A stretch of 42,525 bases of DNA from Candidatus Methanoperedenaceae archaeon (GTDB lineage Archaea; Halobacteriota; Methanosarcinia; Methanosarcinales; Methanoperedenaceae): positions 1 through 42,525 of the forward strand of contig CAVWCX010000025.1 of assembly GCA_963753595.1 (NCBI GenBank), read 5' to 3'. Shown here piece after piece: positions 8,655 through 17,190 of this stretch. The notes under the pieces were generated by a model, which worked only from the letters and a program-made list of their open reading frames with translations, searched no databases and was not told the DNA's origin. The first letter of the stretch is position 1, and each line of letters begins with the position of its first letter. The position numbers and the translations under genes are program-made.

Positions 8655-9500
8655 CTAAATCCCGAGCGCATTAGCGATAGGAGCTGGGGGTTTTATGGAG
8701 CTTCCCGGGGCACCTGTTCCTTCAAGATTCCTTGCCCACAGGAAAAGGCATGTATGATATGCTGTAGTGACATACATGGAAAGTGCGATCACAATGACGA
8801 TCAAGATGGCCGCCAACAATAATGCTATTATCGGGCCAGTGATAGGGATCAATGAAAAGCCGATAAAGATAGCAATTATAATGCCGATGAATGAAAGAAT
8901 TCCTGTAACAAGCCCTACCGCGATTTCACCAACTCCTATAGGAATAAGATTCCTTTTGATGATCTGGGTAGCTCTTTCTACAGCACTCCCCAGATCACGG
9001 TCTTCAATAACTATTGCAGGGATCATGAAATAAGTACCAACAGTCCAGGCTTTATCGATAAATCCGAGGATCATATCGGATATACCTGCACCCCGTTCTC
9101 TTCGCGCCTTGCCTCTTAATACACCCAGGATTATATTGACAATTGCTGAAATTATTGCAAGATAGAAAATCGCAAACATATTTTTCTTTGTTGCATCCCA
9201 TGCCTCTGACATAGTAGCATCTCCATCTTTGAAATAATCATAAACAAGGAACGCTGTCATTCCTGTAAAGAAGTATGAGATGAAATAATTTCCAAGTAAA
9301 ACGAGAAAGGCAATTATATAAAACATATTTCCAAACTTTAAGCCCGACTCAATGAAAAGCATGATAATAAAAGAAAAAATAGTAAAAAACAACCCTACGA
9401 ATATCGAATAGAATGAAGGTTTAATGACATCTGCATCTTTGCCTATTAAGCTGAAACTCTCTTTTATGAAGGAGAAACCTTTAAATATATTTTCAAACAT
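8655..9500 (-). CDS. Conserved multi-pass membrane protein (DUF6159-like)
   Basis: 281 aa, about 6 TM segments, with the pattern W...TYFMIPAIVIED...AVERA typical of this family. Confidence 0.7.
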   Translation of the reverse strand: MFENIFKGFSFIKESFSLIGKDADVIKPSFYSIFVGLFFTIFSFIIMLFIESGLKFGNMFYIIAFLVLLGNYFISYFFTGMTAFLVYDYFKDGDATMSEAWDATKKNMFAIFYLAIISAIVNIILGVLRGKARRERGAGISDMILGFIDKAWTVGTYFMIPAIVIEDRDLGSAVERATQIIKRNLIPIGVGEIAVGLVTGILSFIGIIIAIFIGFSLIPITGPIIALLLAAILIVIVIALSMYVTTAYHTCLFLWARNLEGTGAPGSSIKPPAPIANALGI

Positions 9501-9507
9501 ATTTTTT

Positions 9508-10212
9508 TCACTTTCCTTTCTTTTTTTCCTTCCCTATGACCGTCCCATTATATTTTCCACTAACAGCATCTATGATATTTTGCGGATTTTCCCCATTAAG
9601 TACAATGGTTTTAATATTGCTTCGCTCGATGATCTTTGCTGCCAGAAGGTCGATCGGGGAATTAGCTCCTGCAACCATTTCAGTCTTCATCACGATTTCA
9701 ATAAGCTGGTGGGGTGTCATGGTTTCAAATTTCTTTGCGTCTGTGTTCTTTTTCGGGTCGCTTGTATAAACACCATCAATGGACGTTGCGTTTATGAGCA
9801 TATCTGCGCCGACATATTCTGCAAGGACAGCAGAAACAGCATCCGTTGTCTGTCCGGGAGTTACACCTCCCATTACTATTATTTTGCCATTCATGCTTGC
9901 GGTTCTTGCCTCTTTATAGTTCAACGGGGGTTCATAATAAGCAGAATCACCAAGAGCTGCTATGAGAAGCCGGGCGTTTATGCGGGTAATATCAATACCT
10001 ATAAAATCACATGTAGCTTCATCAGAACCAAGATCCCGCGCAACTCCAATATATTCACGCGCAGCTTTTCCTCCCCCTGTAACAATAAATACCGCGTGAT
10101 CCTTTCCGATCTGCTTTATTACATTTGCAAAGCGCTTGAAATTTCCAGGCTGCAATTCCTTTGCGAGAACTGATCCACCAATTGAAACAACGATCTTCAT
10201 GAACTCTCTCAT
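9508..10212 (-). CDS. pyrH: UMP kinase (archaeal type)
   Basis: VVSIGGSV, VTGGGKAAR, PGQTTDAVS, DGVYTSDP, IDLLAAKII. Confidence 0.96.
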   Translation of the reverse strand: MREFMKIVVSIGGSVLAKELQPGNFKRFANVIKQIGKDHAVFIVTGGGKAAREYIGVARDLGSDEATCDFIGIDITRINARLLIAALGDSAYYEPPLNYKEARTASMNGKIIVMGGVTPGQTTDAVSAVLAEYVGADMLINATSIDGVYTSDPKKNTDAKKFETMTPHQLIEIVMKTEMVAGANSPIDLLAAKIIERSNIKTIVLNGENPQNIIDAVSGKYNGTVIGKEKKKGK

Positions 10213-10239
10213 TATTCTCTGGTAATATTAAATTTCTTA

Positions 10240-10485
10240 TTAAAAAGCCACACCGAACATATGGAGCAGTATGACAATAATTGCACCGGGAATCCCGGCA
10301 AAAGCGCAAACAAGTAATGCGGGGAGAGAATAACTTATACCTGCATTAAAAATTGTATTGGCAGCTACAAAAATAATAAGCCCCAGCACAGCATTTATTA
10401 TGAGATGAGTTGCGGTTTTTAATAGATAATATGCAACAACCACTCCAATTATAGCTAATAAAACGATTATTATTTCAAGTGCCAC
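10240..10485 (-). CDS. BofA-family small membrane protein
   Basis: 81 aa, 3 TM segments, INAVLGL...AGIPGAIIVILL pattern; GTG start. Confidence 0.75.
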   Translation of the reverse strand: MALEIIIVLLAIIGVVVAYYLLKTATHLIINAVLGLIIFVAANTIFNAGISYSLPALLVCAFAGIPGAIIVILLHMFGVAF

Positions 10486-10571
10486 AGGAATTAAGTAGCT
10501 CTTCTTTTAATTAAACGTTTCGATTATGTTCGAAAAATGTGTAGTCCCGAAAAATCTTTTCCGAACTAAAA

Positions 10572-10982
10572 TCATGAGGAACAATTCGAAACACTATATT
10601 TACCCGGAATAGATTTCCTGGCCGAAAAACTTCCAATAAATTCATACCAGTTCTGTACAGCCAATATGAAAGCTATCAAAAAAACCAGCTGTGCAATATC
10701 AGCCATATGATACACATTGAGGAGATATCCTTCTGATGTAAAGTTGATAATGAATTTGAATACGTTATTTAATGCAAATGAAGCGCCTGCTATTGAAATA
10801 TATATCCATGTCTTATGGATTATCGAATTGTTGAGGAATAGCCGTGCCCTCAACAGTTCTTTGTCCACTTTTCGCATCATTATAAGAATTTGTCCGATCA
10901 TGAATATTAATATGAACGCTGCCCCAGCATTGTATAAAACCATGAATGTGTCAACAAAATCCATACCGAACGAAGTAATCAT
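10572..10982 (-). CDS. Hypothetical 3-TM membrane protein (paralog of 23264-23638)
   Basis: RBS GAGG upstream of the ATG; TM-loop-IAG-TM-W pattern shared with the 124-aa ORF. Confidence 0.7.
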   Translation of the reverse strand: MITSFGMDFVDTFMVLYNAGAAFILIFMIGQILIMMRKVDKELLRARLFLNNSIIHKTWIYISIAGASFALNNVFKFIINFTSEGYLLNVYHMADIAQLVFLIAFILAVQNWYEFIGSFSARKSIPGKYSVSNCSS

Positions 10983-11059
10983 AACGCCTCTTTTCCTAAA
11001 TTGAAGTTATACTTAAGGTGGTATGTATATATGATTAAGTGAACAAAACGTGTGAAACT

Positions 11060-11599
11060 TTAATCTTTAAGCCTTATTTCCCCCAGGGTCTCATATATCG
11101 GACCAGCTGGTGTCAGCGTACTTTTCTTGAGGGAAATGCATCCAACATTCATCTTTCCAAGGTCTATACGATCCAATTTTTCCAAAATCCCAATAAGTGA
11201 GGACTTGTCCCTTAATTGCTTAACGCGGGCAAGAGTTGCATGAGGTGAGAACTGGTGATCTTTTTCGAATTTAAATGGCGAAAGTACACGTTCAACTTCG
11301 TCATGCAGAACATCAAAATTACCTTCGGCCCCAAGCCATACAACTTTTATATAAGAAGGTTTCGGGAACACGCCCACACCTTTAATTTTCGCTTCAAATT
11401 GCCTGCAATTTACCTGTGATAATGCGGATAAAATTGATCCGACATCATTTTCATTGATATCCCCCAGGAATTTCAGGGTTATATGAACCTGTTTTGGCTC
11501 AACGGGTTTTATTCCTGGCATATCCAGGGCAGATCCTATTTTTTCAATTTCAGGAATAAATCTATCAGGCAACTCAACGGCTATGAATGTCCTTATCAT
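11060..11599 (-). CDS. thpR: RNA 2',3'-cyclic phosphodiesterase (2H family)
   Basis: MIRTFIAVEL, two HxT motifs (HITLKF, HATLAR), STLTPAGPIYE. ATG 11599 is preferred over TTG 11629. Confidence 0.93.
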   Translation of the reverse strand: MIRTFIAVELPDRFIPEIEKIGSALDMPGIKPVEPKQVHITLKFLGDINENDVGSILSALSQVNCRQFEAKIKGVGVFPKPSYIKVVWLGAEGNFDVLHDEVERVLSPFKFEKDHQFSPHATLARVKQLRDKSSLIGILEKLDRIDLGKMNVGCISLKKSTLTPAGPIYETLGEIRLKD

Positions 11600-11696
11600 A
11601 TTGATCAGTGTAAATACTCTTTTAAACAATAAAAATTATCTTATTCGATAGCTTGATAATAAAAAAGGTGTTTAAAGGAGTAAAGGTGTAATTATA

Positions 11697-11879
11697 ATGA
11701 AAAGAGATCTGATGGATATCCTGTGCTGCCCGATGTGCAAAGGCGACCTCGTACTTGAAGTTACAGAGGAAAATGAGAAAGAGATCGTTAAAGGGACGCT
11801 TTATTGTGGAAAATGTAAAGAATATTATCCGATCGATGATGGTATTCCAAATATGCTGCCGCCGGAATTGAGAGAATAA
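11697..11879 (+). CDS. trm112: Methyltransferase activator Trm112
   Basis: LMDILCCPMCKGDL...LYCGKC...YPIDDGIPNMLP; 60 aa. Confidence 0.92.
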   Translation: MKRDLMDILCCPMCKGDLVLEVTEENEKEIVKGTLYCGKCKEYYPIDDGIPNMLPPELRE

Positions 11880-12814
11880 TTATCTGGATGCTGTTATTAC
11901 AGTCTTCAAACCAATTGTATCAACAACTAAAATACTGACTCTTACCAGAACTGAGAAAACCATTCCCAGAGCTGGTGAAATTCCAAAAAATGAAAACACA
12001 AGGATTATTCCTCCTTCCATAAGCCCAAGGCCTGCTGGCGATAATGGAACAAACATCAGGATCGAAATGAGGGGATGAAGCAGGAAAAAACCAAACAATG
12101 AAATTTCAATCCCAATAGCTTTTCCTAAAAAGTACCACTGCAATGCAGCAAATATCCATCCCATCATATATAATATCAAGATCATGTTTAAGCTGTCCTT
12201 GATCAGAATGCTCCTGTCTTTAAAAGAAGAGAGATTTTCAGTAAATTTGTTAAAAAAAGGGATCTTACCCAGGAATTTTGATGTCATTTTTTCATTATTC
12301 CATGATATCAATAGCATTAATATTCCGACAACCAGGAGAATTACCGAGCCTATCCCTGCATAAATAATGAAATTTTTTTCAATATTCAAATAAAAAGATA
12401 AATAAATTATAGCTGCAATAGCCCCTGCGACCTTAAGAATGAATTCAATCCCCTGCGGAGCAAAAATGCATGCCATTCCTTCTGTAATAGGAACGCCAGC
12501 TTTTTTTTTAATATTAAAGGTGTTAAAAAATAACCGCTCCTTCCAGGAGTTACATCTCCAATGATCATCCCTCCCATATGTGAAAGAAAAACATCCTTTA
12601 ATTTCATTTTATGCCCTATTTTTTTTAACAGATAAGATAAACGTAATGCAAGTAACAAATCCAGGAAAAGGTATGAGAGGCATGCCATTATGAAATAACT
12701 TAAATTTGTTTTTTTCAGAACCTCAAATATCTCATTCAGGTTCAGTTTATTCAAAATAAAAGCAATAATGGATATACCAATAATGATTTGAATGAATAAA
12801 TGAATCTTCTTCAT
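11880..12814 (-). pseudogene. Flippase-like / lysylphosphatidylglycerol-synthase TM-domain protein (UPF0104), split by a frameshift
   Basis: Two overlapping ORFs (12407-12814 and 11880-12476) join into one protein of about 310 aa (TPGRSG...PLSPAGLGLMEGG) if one A is added to the A9 run at 12501-12509. Confidence 0.8.
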
Positions 12815-12839
12815 CTTGAGCTAATAATATCTTCAAGTG

Positions 12840-13463
12840 TTAAATGTTTCCCACGGGTTTTTGAAAAGATACATTTTTTGAACGCGGAATACGTATCATA
12901 TCCCCATAAATCGCCCCATATTTGCGTTTAAGCTCATTATATTTTAATTTTAAAAAAATGCTTAACTCGGGATGGGCTGTAGTGTGGATATATTCGTCAG
13001 TATAAATACTTACCAGGCTATCGAAATCCTTACGTGAATTGCCATGGGCGAAATTCTTCCCTGGATACCGCCTTACGTCGCCATTAAATAGCGGGGAAAT
13101 ATGATGTAATTCATGCAGAACGGTCGCCAGTTTTGCCTTTTGATCCCCGTGATTCAGGAAACGCGGTAAATGAAAATAGACAATGTACAGGATATTTGTG
13201 CCATTTATCATAACTTCCGGTGCCGCATACTCAATTCCCCTTACAGTTTTTGTTCTTGACCCTCCTTCAAAAAGCATGGGACGAAGTTTTGCAACAACCC
13301 CATTCCTGTTGCCGTTTGAAGGAGATATTGCAATAAGAATATTCTTGATCTTAATGTGTTTGAAAAAAGGATGCGTTTTAATAATATCTTCCACAAGCAA
13401 GTTCATATTGCCTGTGAAATCAAAACCTGTAACGCTATTTTTGTCTGTATTTCCTTGCAGCAT
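12840..13463 (-). CDS. Putative zinc metallopeptidase
   Basis: HELHH (HExxH) motif in TVLHELHHISP. It overlaps the pgk 3' end, so the true start may be slightly downstream. Confidence 0.7.
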   Translation of the reverse strand: MLQGNTDKNSVTGFDFTGNMNLLVEDIIKTHPFFKHIKIKNILIAISPSNGNRNGVVAKLRPMLFEGGSRTKTVRGIEYAAPEVMINGTNILYIVYFHLPRFLNHGDQKAKLATVLHELHHISPLFNGDVRRYPGKNFAHGNSRKDFDSLVSIYTDEYIHTTAHPELSIFLKLKYNELKRKYGAIYGDMIRIPRSKNVSFQKPVGNI

Positions 13464-14658
13464 CCCTTAATGCCTCAATACCTGGCAGTTTTTCTCCAGC
13501 CAGGAAATCAATACAGGCGCCTCCCCCTGTACTTACATGGGAGAACTTGTTTGAAATACCCATCTGTTCAGCTGCTGCTGCAATGTGCCCGCCTCCGATC
13601 ACAGAGAAACCTGATTTCGATCCTGCCTTTATGAGTTCATGAGTTCCCAGTGCGAAAGGTTCTTTTTCAAATACTCCCGCAGGCCCGTTCATTACTACGG
13701 TCTTGGCTATACTTATTTCCTGGGAGAATTTTACCATTGTTTCGATGCCGATATCGTGGATAGGCAATCCAGGCTTCAGTTTACTTATTTTTTCTTCGAT
13801 GCGTTCATCATTCTTATTCAATGCAACATCTACAGGAAGAACTATATTTTTTGGGAAACGTTTGAGAAGCCCTTTTGCTATGTCTATCTGAGGCAGATAA
13901 CCCTGCTTATCGATAAAACCAATATTTGCATCCCCGATATTTACTCCGGAAGCTGCCAGGAAAACATTAGCTACAACCCCTGTAACAAGCACCCTGTCTG
14001 CACATCCCCGCTCAAGCACGTTTTTTGTGACTTTGATAGAATCATCGACTTTTGTTCCTCCAAGAACATAGACGCACGGGCGCTCGCAGCAAGACATTCC
14101 CCTGTTCAGGGAATCTATCTCTTTTTCCATAATTCTTCCAGCTATACTTGGAAGCGATTCTGTAAAACCTGTTACGGAAAGATGCGACCTGTGGGATACC
14201 GAAAATGCATCGTTCAGGAATATATCGCAAACTCCTGCAAGGCGCCTTACCATATGGGTTTTTTTATGGTCTTTTGGCGCGCGTTCAATCGATTCTTCCG
14301 AATAGAAGCGTGTATTTTCAAGCAGGATTATATCGCCTTTACTCATTTTTTTTATGGTATCAATAGCATGTGAACCAAAAATATCATCAATATAATTAAT
14401 ATTACGCTTCATCAATTTTGACAATAGTCTTGCATGAGGCTCCATCGTAGAAAAATCGCTCTTTCCGGGCCGGCTCTGGTGAGAAAGTATTACTACTTTT
14501 GAATCTTCCAGTTCCTTCAGGGTTATATGGTGGCTCCTGAACCGGCTATCATCAAGAATGATCCCGTTCGGGTCCATCGGCGAGTTAAGGTCAAGCCTGC
14601 ATAGAACCGTCTTCCCTTTTGTATCAATGTCATCGATAGTTAGGTAGTCCCTAGTCAT
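13435..14658 (-). CDS. pgk: Phosphoglycerate kinase
   Basis: RLDLNSP, SHQSRPG, LLENTRF, NDAFSVSHR, GGTKVDD, NGPAGVFE, STGGGA. Confidence 0.98.
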   Translation of the reverse strand: MTRDYLTIDDIDTKGKTVLCRLDLNSPMDPNGIILDDSRFRSHHITLKELEDSKVVILSHQSRPGKSDFSTMEPHARLLSKLMKRNINYIDDIFGSHAIDTIKKMSKGDIILLENTRFYSEESIERAPKDHKKTHMVRRLAGVCDIFLNDAFSVSHRSHLSVTGFTESLPSIAGRIMEKEIDSLNRGMSCCERPCVYVLGGTKVDDSIKVTKNVLERGCADRVLVTGVVANVFLAASGVNIGDANIGFIDKQGYLPQIDIAKGLLKRFPKNIVLPVDVALNKNDERIEEKISKLKPGLPIHDIGIETMVKFSQEISIAKTVVMNGPAGVFEKEPFALGTHELIKAGSKSGFSVIGGGHIAAAAEQMGISNKFSHVSTGGGACIDFLAGEKLPGIEALRDAARKYRQK

Positions 14659-14826
14659 ATTGAGTTGGTTTAATTCTAAGAGGATAGCATTATAATTTAC
14701 GGAAGGATTCCATCATCAAAAATTAACCAGGCAGAAACAATAGATATATAACAGCTATTCTATATATGTATATAAAAACGTGTTTCATATTGAATAAAAT
14801 GCAATTAATATGAACTAATAAAAAAT

Positions 14827-15867
14827 ATGATAAAAATATCTTTAAGATATAAGGTCGCATTGGAACTTTACGCCAGCCTGTCTTTTTTTATTGCTGTTAT
14901 AATACTTATTTATACCAGTATTTATAGCTGGTTTGACGATAATATATTTATTCCATCAGCAATTATCGGAATTTTTCTTATCGCTTTTATTTTTTTCCTG
15001 AGAACACTGATCCTGGATGTTAATTCCGTTAAATTTGAAAACGACAACAGCAAAGATGACCCGAATATTGTGGAAATAAAACTAATTAATAAAATCACAT
15101 TAGAACTTATATCCAGCATTTCAAATATTATAATAGTTACGACGATTTTTATATTCGGGACAGCAAGATCAGGAGGAGTTTATCCAGAAGTCATTTCGAT
15201 ATTGTTCATAATAATTCTTTTCCTCCCATCGATGGTCCTGTTGAAATCACTCATATTTGATTTTAATTTGATCTTCATGAATAAGAAACACCAGGAGAAT
15301 TTTTTAAGTGAATTTATAAATCGAAAATCTCTTGTTTTTTTTGTTATTGCCGTTATTATAATTTTTTTAGTAATTTCCAGCAATAAAATGGTCATATCAG
15401 TGGGTAATTTATATCAAAAACCCATGTCAAGTAGTGAGGAAGCCCTAACCGATATTTCCTCTAATTTATATATCACATCTATTTCAGGAGAAAGAAAGAA
15501 TATATCCGCTGGTCCTATTACTGGCCTTTCTATATACCTTGAGGCAATGGATCTGGATTTTAATTTTAATTCCATCACAGTGAAGTTTATCGACAAAAAA
15601 ACCACATCTGCGCTGGAATATGGTCCAAATCCTGATGAATCGCATTTTTATTATGAAGGAAAAAAGACCGGAAAAGGGAATACAATACTAAAAAAGGGCG
15701 ATGTGGGAATTATCACGATCAACCTGTCATCAACAAAACAGGAGCTTTATTCTTATGACAGGGGAACGATACAGTTGATCCTGGGTAATGGAAAAATAAT
15801 TTCCAGGGATTTCAAAGCCCCGGAATTAAAAGGAGAGGGCAGGATTTTATTATATTCTTCAACTTGA
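14827..15867 (+). CDS. Membrane protein with a C-terminal archaellin-like domain
   Basis: Four N-terminal TM segments, then a hydrophobic helix + QK...EEALTDISSNLYITSISG and LKKGDVGIITINL...GTIQLI...FKAP, resembling the archaellin body. Confidence 0.65.
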   Translation: MIKISLRYKVALELYASLSFFIAVIILIYTSIYSWFDDNIFIPSAIIGIFLIAFIFFLRTLILDVNSVKFENDNSKDDPNIVEIKLINKITLELISSISNIIIVTTIFIFGTARSGGVYPEVISILFIIILFLPSMVLLKSLIFDFNLIFMNKKHQENFLSEFINRKSLVFFVIAVIIIFLVISSNKMVISVGNLYQKPMSSSEEALTDISSNLYITSISGERKNISAGPITGLSIYLEAMDLDFNFNSITVKFIDKKTTSALEYGPNPDESHFYYEGKKTGKGNTILKKGDVGIITINLSSTKQELYSYDRGTIQLILGNGKIISRDFKAPELKGEGRILLYSST

Positions 15868-15881
15868 CCTGTATATTTGAC

Positions 15882-16730
15882 CTATATATTTATCTCCACA
15901 CCATACACTTTTTCCGGATTTTCTTTGTGGACCTTCCAGAATACATCCTCGCCCCATTTCCCAATGAGTTGTTTTGTCCTTCTTGGAACAGTCTTTGGCC
16001 CCAGTACGGAGCCTGGTCTTTCAAGGTCATCGATGTAATCGGTTTCCATCATGAAACGTGTTCCCTCACCAAGGGCTGTTTCGATCGCATTTTCACCCGC
16101 AAGGACACTTGGGAAAATCCCATGTTTTTCGCATATTTTAACCATAGGCGGTGAAAAGTGCTTGATTACTTTTCCATCAGGCAATCCCACGCTTCTTGCA
16201 ATTCCCGAAATCTCTGCAAGCCCTTCCTCTGTCGCGCTTTCTGTATGAAGCTGCACCGCGCATCCGGCATCCTTAGCAAGCTCAAAACTGTAGCGCATCA
16301 AATCATTTGATTCATCCCAGATTTTGGGCTCAACTTCATAATGCGGGCGCCCGGATTTTAATCCCACGGCTCGTCCTTCAACCACGTATTCGCGCGCAAT
16401 TTCAAGCCCGCCCCTCATTATCTCCATGGAGCGCGAAAGGCCAAGGCGCCCGTAATATTTTGTGAGCTCGGCAGGATGCACACCAAGCACAACAAAGACT
16501 TTCACTTTCTCAGCTTCCTCGGCGCGCCGGGCGATCTTGAGGATTTTATCAAATACTTTCCTGTAATCTTCAGGTGAGTTAATATCGATACCCACTGACC
16601 AGGGCGGGAGTGAGACAAGAACGATATGCGTGCCTCCCGCGCGCGCGAATTCGCGGACTGCATCGAGGCAGCGGCCTGAGGGGTTGAGGTGCATGTGGTT
16701 GTCGAGGATTGGGAGGGTGGGGGGGGTCAT
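15882..16730 (-). CDS. TatD-family metal-dependent hydrolase/DNase (archaeal)
   Basis: DNHMH, GVHPAE, GRPHY, QLHTE, KHF, METDYIDD...RPGSVLGPKTVP. Confidence 0.9.
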   Translation of the reverse strand: MTPPTLPILDNHMHLNPSGRCLDAVREFARAGGTHIVLVSLPPWSVGIDINSPEDYRKVFDKILKIARRAEEAEKVKVFVVLGVHPAELTKYYGRLGLSRSMEIMRGGLEIAREYVVEGRAVGLKSGRPHYEVEPKIWDESNDLMRYSFELAKDAGCAVQLHTESATEEGLAEISGIARSVGLPDGKVIKHFSPPMVKICEKHGIFPSVLAGENAIETALGEGTRFMMETDYIDDLERPGSVLGPKTVPRRTKQLIGKWGEDVFWKVHKENPEKVYGVEINI

Positions 16731-16861
16731 AAATTTACTCCCACTTTCAGAATATCATCAAATATATTCGATAAAAGTTTTCGGCCTAATTTGCCATGGT
16801 TTGCACTATTTGATAGATTTTTTAATTTTTTCTGAAAAAAGGAATATTCGCACAGACAATC

Positions 16862-17088
16862 AACCACAGAGTACACAGAGAGCGCAGAGCTTTGCCATTT
16901 TTCTCTGTGTCCTCTGTGCTCTCTGTGGTTTTCAAACCAGAAAATAATTGACCGTATCCTGTTTTTCACCTCAAAGTACGCAAAGGGCGCAAAGAAATGG
17001 TTGTTTTGTCGATTTGCGTCTATTAAAACCAGATATGAAGAGATTGCCGGAACAATAAATCTGCGTTTATCTGCGTTCATCTGCGGTT
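16862..17088. repeat. Cluster of REP-like 9-nt triple repeats, including one full hairpin
   Basis: ACCACAGAG-TACACAGAG-AGCGCAGAG...CTCTGTGTC-CTCTGTGCT-CTCTGTGGT (16862-16930); ACCTCAAAG-TACGCAAAG-GGCGCAAAG (16968-16994); ATCTGCGTTT-ATCTGCGTTC-ATCTGCGGTT overlapping units (17059-17088). Confidence 0.85.
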
Positions 17089-17190
17089 CGTGATATTTCA
17101 TAACCGAATTTATCATAATAGATTTCTCCTGATGCGAAAGCTGTTTTTGCGATTTAAATGGTGCGTGTAATCGTCGAAGATGGGAGGCGG

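Noticed and set aside
9424-10173. Long antisense ORFs (249 aa here; also 13639-14373 and others)
   Set aside because: They are shadows of well-supported genes on the opposite strand.
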